Assembly: GCA_964016885.1 (NCBI GenBank)
Contig: OZ024760.1
Location: 16,492,001-16,556,000 of the forward strand
DNA: 64,000 nt
Direction of reading: 5' to 3'
Source: Eledone cirrhosa
Taxonomy: Eukaryota
This document shows positions 55,943 to 64,000 of this stretch, in pieces. The translations under genes were made by a program, and so were the position numbers. Every line of letters begins with the position of its first letter. Position 1 is the first letter of the stretch. The notes below the pieces were generated by a model. The model was not told where the DNA came from. It saw only the letters and a program-made list of their open reading frames with translations, and did not search any database.

Positions 55943-56146
55943 AATTAGTATATTACCAACATATTTATACAGAAGTATACTTACGCTAGCAAGATATAGG
56001 TTTTGTCTTAGTAACTTTATTTTACGTCTTTCATATAATTGTTCTACATTTTTGTATTGAACCACAAAGTTACTAAGACAAAACCTATATCTAAGTAAGT
56101 AAGTTAATTATTATAATTTTCTTATTTTACGTCTTTCATATATATA

Positions 56147-56208
<62 letters not shown>

Positions 56209-56249
56209 GATATATTAACAAATGGAAACTATATTTATAAAACCATATT

Positions 56250-56315
56250 TATTTCATTATACATATCTCAAGGACACCAAGTTAAATTATGGGTGTGCTT
56301 TCATCAGATAAAATA
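56250..56315 (-). ncRNA. Decayed hammerhead motif (family H2; GAAA mutated to GAGA)
   Basis: UAUUUUAU-CUGAUGA-AAGCACACC..GGUGUCCUU-GAGA-UAUGUA-UA-AUGAAAUA. Flanks homologous to 46730-46870. Confidence 0.6.
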
Positions 56316-56401
56316 TAATATAGATCAGTTTTATAAATAAATATTAACATACCCTTAAAGAATGCGACCATTTCTGTTGGAAGCTCCCGGATATATATAT
56401 A

Positions 56402-56433
<32 letters not shown>

Positions 56434-56506
56434 TTTATATATATATATATTTTATATATATATATTTTATATATATATTTATATATTTTATATATATATA
56501 TGTATA

Positions 56507-56760
<254 letters not shown>

Positions 56761-56987
56761 TTCTACCTGGAGTTGCAACCGATAGATAGTATTAGCAACT
56801 GGAAAGATCGACGGAAACATTGTTTCCTCGGTCCGATTTGACGAAAGTCGGTCGATCCTTAATATATATAAACAAGATAACGCTGTGAAGTACTGCTTCA
56901 AATTAATCAGTTAAGCTACCATGCTAAGGCTTGCACTCTTGGGTCAATTCAGGGTAAAACAATTTAGTTTTTCTCCGACTCAGTTTA

Positions 56988-57204
56988 CAATAATGGTTTC
57001 TTATATAGCCTCAAGGCCAGCAATTTAAAGGGGAAGGGAAAGTCGACCCCAGTATGTGACTGGTACTTTATTTTTATTGACCCCGTAAGGATGAAAGGCA
57101 AAGTTAATCTCGGCGGGATTTCAAATCAGATCATAAAGGGCCGTAACTCTATGCGGCAAAGCATGGCGTCCGACTCTCTAATGATACTGCCAATCCAGCG
57201 CCTT
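56988..57204 (-). mobile_element. SINE family A
   Basis: Full head to tail as at 1953-2167. Confidence 0.8.
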
Positions 57205-57284
57205 CGTTTACAATAAACATTTCTAGTGTGTGTGTGTGTGTGTGTGTGTATATACATGTATATATATGTATATATATATATATA

Positions 57285-58696
57285 TAGGTGTGTGTGTGTA
57301 TACATGTATATATATGTATATAAAATATATATGTGTGTCTGTGTGTATATACATGTATATATATGTGTGTCTGTGTGTATATACATGTATATATATGTGT
57401 ATATATATATATATATATAGGTGTGTGTGTGTATACATGTATATATATGTATATAAAATATATATGTGTGTCTGTGTATATACATGTATATATATGTATA
57501 TATATATATATAGGTGTGTGTGTATATACATGTATATATATGTATATAAAATATATATGTGTGTCTGTGTGTATATACATGTATATATATGTGTATATAT
57601 ATATATATATATAGGTGTGTGTGTATATACATGTATATATATGTATATAAAATATATATGTGTGTCTGTGTGTATATACATGTATATATATGTGTATATA
57701 TATATATAGATGTGTGTGTATATACATGTATATATATGTATATAAAATATATATGTGTGTCTGTGTGTATATACATGTATATATATGTGTGTATATATAT
57801 ATATAGGTGTGTGTGTATATACATGTATATATATGTATATAAAATATATGTGTGTGTCTGTGTGTATATACATGTATATATATGTGTATATATATATATA
57901 TATAGGTGTGTGTGTATATACATGTATATATATGTATATAAAATATATATGTGTGTCTGTGTGTATATACATGTATATATATGTGTATATATATATATAT
58001 ATATAGGTGTGTGTGTGTATACATGTATATATATGTATATAAAATATATATGTGTGTCTGTGTGTATATACATGTATATATATGTGTATATATATATATA
58101 TATAGGTGTGTGTGTATATACATGTATATATATGTATATAAAATATATATGTGTGTCTGTGTGTATATACATGTATATATATGTGTATATATATATATAT
58201 ATAGGTGTGTGTGTATATACATGTATATATATGTATATAAAATATATATGTGTGTCTGTGTGTATATACATGTATATATATGTGTATATATATATATATA
58301 GGTGTGTGTGTATATACATGTATATATATGTATATAAAATATATATGTGTGTCTGTGTGTATATACATGTATATATATGTGTGTATATATATATATATAG
58401 GTGTGTGTGTATATACATGTATATATATGTATATAAAATATATGTGTGTGTCTGTGTGTATATACATGTATATATATGTGTATATATATATATATATAGG
58501 TGTGTGTGTATACATGTATATATATATGTATATAAAATATATATGTGTGTCTGTGTGTATATACATGTATATATATGTGTATATAAAATATATATGTGTG
58601 TCTGTGTGTATATACATGTATTTATATGTATATAAAATATATATGTGTGTCTGTGTGTATATACATGTATATATATGTGTATATATATATATATAG
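57285..58696. repeat. About 98-bp higher-order repeat built from TA/TG microsatellites
   Basis: aggtgtgtg...tataaaata...tgtctgtg landmarks recur about every 93-101 bp, roughly 14 units. Confidence 0.9.
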
Positions 58697-58846
58697 GAAA
58701 CAGTGGTCACAGCATTGGATATTTGAGTTCTGCAAGTACTTGTGAATTTGCACGTAGCATAACTAGGCTGCAGTACCACCGTGGAAACACTTGTAAGCAC
58801 ACGGAATAAATTACCTTTTTATGATGTCTACCTGTTATTATTCATT

Positions 58847-58909
<63 letters not shown>

Positions 58910-59288
58910 ATATACATGTATATATATGTGTATATATATATATATATGTGTGTGTGTCTATTTTATATTTATTATGCAAGAGGATAAAATGTATTTCGTT
59001 TGGGCAACAGATCAAACTTGTTTCAAATAGCTTGCTATATATAATAGCATGGTCTCTCTCTCTCTCACATCTCTCTCTCTATATATATATAATAGCATGG
59101 TCTCTCTCTCACATCTCTCTCTCTCTATATATATAATAGCATGTTCTCTCTCTCACACATCTCTCTCTCTATATATATATATATAATAGCATGATCTCTC
59201 TCGCTCATCTCTCTCTCGCTCATCTCCCCCTCTCTCTCTCTCTCGCTCATCTCTCTCTCTCTCTCTCTCGCTCATCTCTCTCTCTCGC

Positions 59289-59326
<38 letters not shown>

Positions 59327-59516
59327 CTCTCTCGCTCTCTCTCCCATCATGCTATATATAAATGTGTGTATATATGTGTATATATATATATGTTATATGT
59401 GTATATATATATATTATTTATTTATTTATTATGTGTATATATGTGTATATATATATATATGTATATATGTGTATATATATATATTATTATGTGTATATAT
59501 GTGTATATATTATGTG

Positions 59517-59548
<32 letters not shown>

Positions 59549-60364
59549 CACACATATATACATGTGGGATATGTGCACGTTAATGTTATGTCAGCAAACC
59601 CTGGTGTGAAGTTGAATGATGTTTGTGTTACAGTAACCATGGCTGCTAACTCAACCAAGTGGTAGAACATTTGTAGCCATGGTTACTGGCAGAAAAAAAC
59701 AGACTTCAAATAAAATACAGAGGATGGATGGTGGTTTAATCGACTTACCTCTCCTCCCCCACTCCACCCCCACACTCCACCCCCACACTCCACCCAATAT
59801 ACCTGGCCTTGGGCTGTAATTAGAGACAACTCTTTCTTTCTTTCTTTTTGTTGTTGTTGTTTTTGTTCTTGTTCTTCGTCGTTGTTGTTGTTGTTCTTCT
59901 TTTTTCTTCTTTTTCTTCTTTTTCTTCTTTTTCTTCTTTTTCTTTCCCTTTTATTTTCTTTTTCTTTTTTTCTTTTTTTCTTTTTTTCTTTTTTTCTTTT
60001 TTTCTTTTTTTTCTTTTTTTTCTTTTCTTTTTCTTTTTCTTTTTCTTTCTCTCTGAATACGAATCCCACCGATGTCAACTAAACCCGTTCTCCTTCCCGG
60101 AGCCGCTAAAATATAGTACCAGTAACGTACTGGGGGTGGATATTAATCAGACATGATTGTCATATTGGTATCGGATTACTACAGCAGTGATTGTGAGAGA
60201 GAAAGGTAGTGAAGGGCATGGATGGAATGGTGGCAGGATTGGTGATGGGAGGTGAGGTAGATTCCTAGAACGTGAACACACTTTCCTCTTTCCCCTTCAA
60301 ATTGTTGGCGGCCATTGTGGCCCCTGTGCCAATGAATGCTGGAAAGAATTATATTATTATTCAA

Positions 60365-61448
60365 AGTTGGATTAGCAGTATCGGTAGAGGGTCTGACGCC
60401 ATGCTTTGCAGCAAAGAGTTACGGCCCTTTATGGTCTGAGTTCAAATCCCGCCGAGGTTAACTTTACCTTTCATCCTTACAGGGTCGAATTCCACCCCCA
60501 ACCCCTTCCATTCCACACCACTTCCGCCATTCTTCCTACACAAACCCCATCATTCTTCCGAGGTCAATAAAAGTAGATTTACTAAAGTACCAGTTATGCA
60601 CTGAGGTCGATAGACCTGACTCTCTTCTCCCCACCCACCCACTGCCTTAAAATAGTTGGCTATGCGCCAGTGTTAGAACCACATACCCTGCTGGCCTCCA
60701 ACTAATTTTGAAGCTTTTTCATGAGATTTTACTTCTATGTTTGTACTTTCGTTTGTTTTTTCTGTGTTTATATTTTGTTTTTATCCAATGTATTTTAGTT
60801 CCGAACTTCTGTGTAATTCGAACCAGCTATTAACATCTGTTGTCTTAGTTGATGTAACAATCTGACCAACTTAACTGCTGTCAAACTAGATTATGTCATC
60901 TTAGTTGATCTTCTTACCACATGCGTACATACACAGAAGTAGTGGTGTTATATACAAGTTATACCTCACACGTATTGTTGTTGTTTCTATAGTCAAGTAT
61001 TGCTACATTCATAGACAGCAGTGGTGTTGTTGTATACAAGTTATACCTCACACGTAGTGTTGTTGTTTCTATAGTCAAGTATTGCTACATTCATACACAG
61101 AAGTAGTGGTGTTATATACAAGTTATACCTCACACGTAGTGTTGTTGTTTCTATAGTCAAGTATAGCTACATTCATAGACAACAGTGGTGGTGTTGTATA
61201 CAAATATTACCACACACGTAGTGTTGTTACTATAGTCAAGTATTGTTACATACATACACAGAAGTAGTGGTGTTATATACAAGTTATACCTCACACATGC
61301 TTTCCAGCACAGTTACGTCCCTTTATGGTCTGAGTTCAAATCCCGCCGAGGCTAACTTTGCCTTTCATCCTTACGGGATCGATAACATAAAGTACCAGTA
61401 ATGCACTGGGATAATTGCAGGCCTTGTGCATAAAGAAGAGACAATTAC
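60365..61448 (+). mobile_element. SINE family A pieces (60365-60490, 60545-60680, 61297-61448)
   Basis: Head ggattagcagtatcggtagag, B box gagttcaaatcccgcc, central domain. Intervening DNA is not SINE. Confidence 0.75.
60928..61297. repeat. About 82-bp tandem repeat with two alternating variants
   Basis: cagaagtagtgg units alternate with ca(g/a)cagtgg units. Confidence 0.9.
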
Positions 61449-61685
61449 ATAACAAGATCCTTTAAGATTGAGTATGTTAACTAACACGTAGGTTAACTAT
61501 TACGTCGACACAGGAGTATACTTGATGGTGAGTTGTATAATTTATCTCGCCAGCTTGTTGTCAAATGCGATAAAAACAATCTCAGCAACAAGACTATCTT
61601 TACGTCTGCATATGTAACTTAATATGACATATGTTTCGTAGTGTGAGATATATAATTAACCCATAAACTAACGATGATGGATGTG

Positions 61686-61772
<87 letters not shown>

Positions 61773-61811
61773 ATAGACATACACACATACATACATACAT
61801 ACATACATACA

Positions 61812-61842
<31 letters not shown>

Positions 61843-61873
61843 GTATCTATATGTATAGGTGTTTATGTGTGTC

Positions 61874-61908
<35 letters not shown>

Positions 61909-61910
<2 letters not shown>

Positions 61911-61986
61911 GGTGTCCCGAAAAATGTATACACATATTTATTAGAATGCTGTTGAAGTGCATATAGATATTTTGGAACCCCCTGTA
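61909..61986. mobile_element. MITE family M2, diverged
   Basis: agggtgtcccgaaaaatgtatacac...ttttggaaccccctgta. Confidence 0.6.
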
Positions 61987-62342
61987 TATATGTTTATATA
62001 TATATATACAGGGGTCCCAAAATATCTATATATACATACGTACGTACGTACACACATACGTACATACATACACACATATATATATATACTTACATACATC
62101 CTTATATATATATATATATATATATAAGGATGTATGTAAGTATATATATCTGTGTGTGTATGTATGTATGTATGTACGTATGTATATATGTATGTATATA
62201 TATATATATGTGTGTGTAGAGAGAGATGTGACCAATATAACTTGACACAAGAAACCGAAAGAATATCTTAACACAACAAAGTGATGAATGCAGAATTAAC
62301 GAAGTGTAGAGAAATTATGAGGATGGACACCATTGATGCCTG

Positions 62343-63065
<723 letters not shown>

Positions 63066-63066
<1 letters not shown>

Positions 63067-64000
63067 GATAGAGTAAGACACGCTTCGCATCGGCTCCGCT
63101 ATTCCATCGGGATTTACCCTTACTATTGTAAGTACCGGATAAATTTTTTAGTGCAACACATTTGGAACACTAACCCCTGTTATTTAGGGAAACATTTTTG
63201 CATTTACCCCCTTTTTAGGGGGTAAAATAAATATCTATTTTTGCCGAAAAATTTCTTTCTTGGCAGCATGGCGGAAAAGATGGCAGACATGTCTGCCATT
63301 AGCTCTGCCACGCCCCCCAAGTCTGAAGAACAAAAAATAATTACAACAAAATTAGACATTGAAACAAACAAACAAAATGAAAAAACAAATGTTAAGGAAA
63401 ATGAGCAAACAGAAAACAAACAAACAGAAAATAATACAAATAACGACAGGGCAACTTTCGCCCAGAAAACAAAGCAATCCATTACATACACACCAATTGA
63501 CCTAACTGCCGCCAGAGAAAAACTGGCCGAAGCAAAGAAACATATTGTTTTGGGGGAAAATGGAATGTTTTCCATTAACTCCCCCCCAGAATTCAAGAAA
63601 GCCAGAGCAGAAAACACAGTTATATACAGAACTATACTAAACCAGTCAAGAAAGCCAGCACAGCCCAGCCAAATGGAAATAGAGTTAGTCCTAAAAGACT
63701 ATATGAAGAATATTCTCTTCATACGAAAGGACCGACTCTATGGCAGCATTTCGGTCCTAACAAGAGACAAAGAAACGGCGGTTCAGCTTTCCCTAAGCCC
63801 ACTCTCGTCGACAACATATAGCTTCTATCCCTCCTACATGGGTAGAAGAACACAAAGAATAAAAGTAAAAACAATGCTGCCCACAATGGACTTCTGGTGG
63901 GCTATTGCTGGCTTCATTGATATGGGCGAAGACACTATGCTGTCAATGGGGAAGGCAACTGGAGATGCGTTCCTGGGAATGGGCCTCGACATACTAGTCC
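63066..64000 (+). mobile_element. 5' end of a probably young LINE abutting a (TATC)n tract
   Basis: Complex sequence begins immediately after (TATC)n ending near 63065, with about 200 nt of 5' UTR followed by the uninterrupted ORF. Confidence 0.6.
63268..64000 (+). CDS. Non-LTR retrotransposon ORF1-like protein (open to window end; L1/Tx1-like)
   Basis: ATG at 63268 and no stop to 64000 (244 codons): MAEKMADMSAISSATPPKSEEQK...RATFAQKTKQS...FYPSYMGRRTQRIKVKTMLP. A-rich sense strand and low-complexity N-terminus. Clade assignment is inference. Confidence 0.7.
   Translation, partial: MAEKMADMSAISSATPPKSEEQKIITTKLDIETNKQNEKTNVKENEQTENKQTENNTNNDRATFAQKTKQSITYTPIDLTAAREKLAEAKKHIVLGENGMFSINSPPEFKKARAENTVIYRTILNQSRKPAQPSQMEIELVLKDYMKNILFIRKDRLYGSISVLTRDKETAVQLSLSPLSSTTYSFYPSYMGRRTQRIKVKTMLPTMDFWWAIAGFIDMGEDTMLSMGKATGDAFLGMGLDILV

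Overview
Eukaryotic, AT-rich, microsatellite-saturated genomic DNA. The SINE families present resemble those of octopod cephalopods; this is inferred from repeat content only. Nearly all ORFs in the supplied track are artefacts of simple repeats. One host gene is supported: a four-EF-hand calmodulin-like gene on the minus strand, with coding exons at 46053-46196, 28495-28752 and 27226-27263 and a candidate 31-nt exon at 51891-51921. The rest is tRNA-derived SINEs, tiny Tc1/mariner MITEs, LINE fragments (one with a twin-priming 5' inversion) and minisatellites, plus an open LINE ORF1-like frame running off the right edge that the ORF track missed. The main unannotated signal is about a dozen type I hammerhead-ribozyme motifs (CUGANGA-stem II-GAAA-palindromic loop-UH). 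They fall into several short non-coding repeat families that sit in or beside (TA)n tracts and often have fold-back ends, consistent with Penelope-like element or retrozyme termini. Several lie in introns of the calmodulin-like gene, one intact in sense orientation. All structures were paired by eye and none has been folded computationally or tested.
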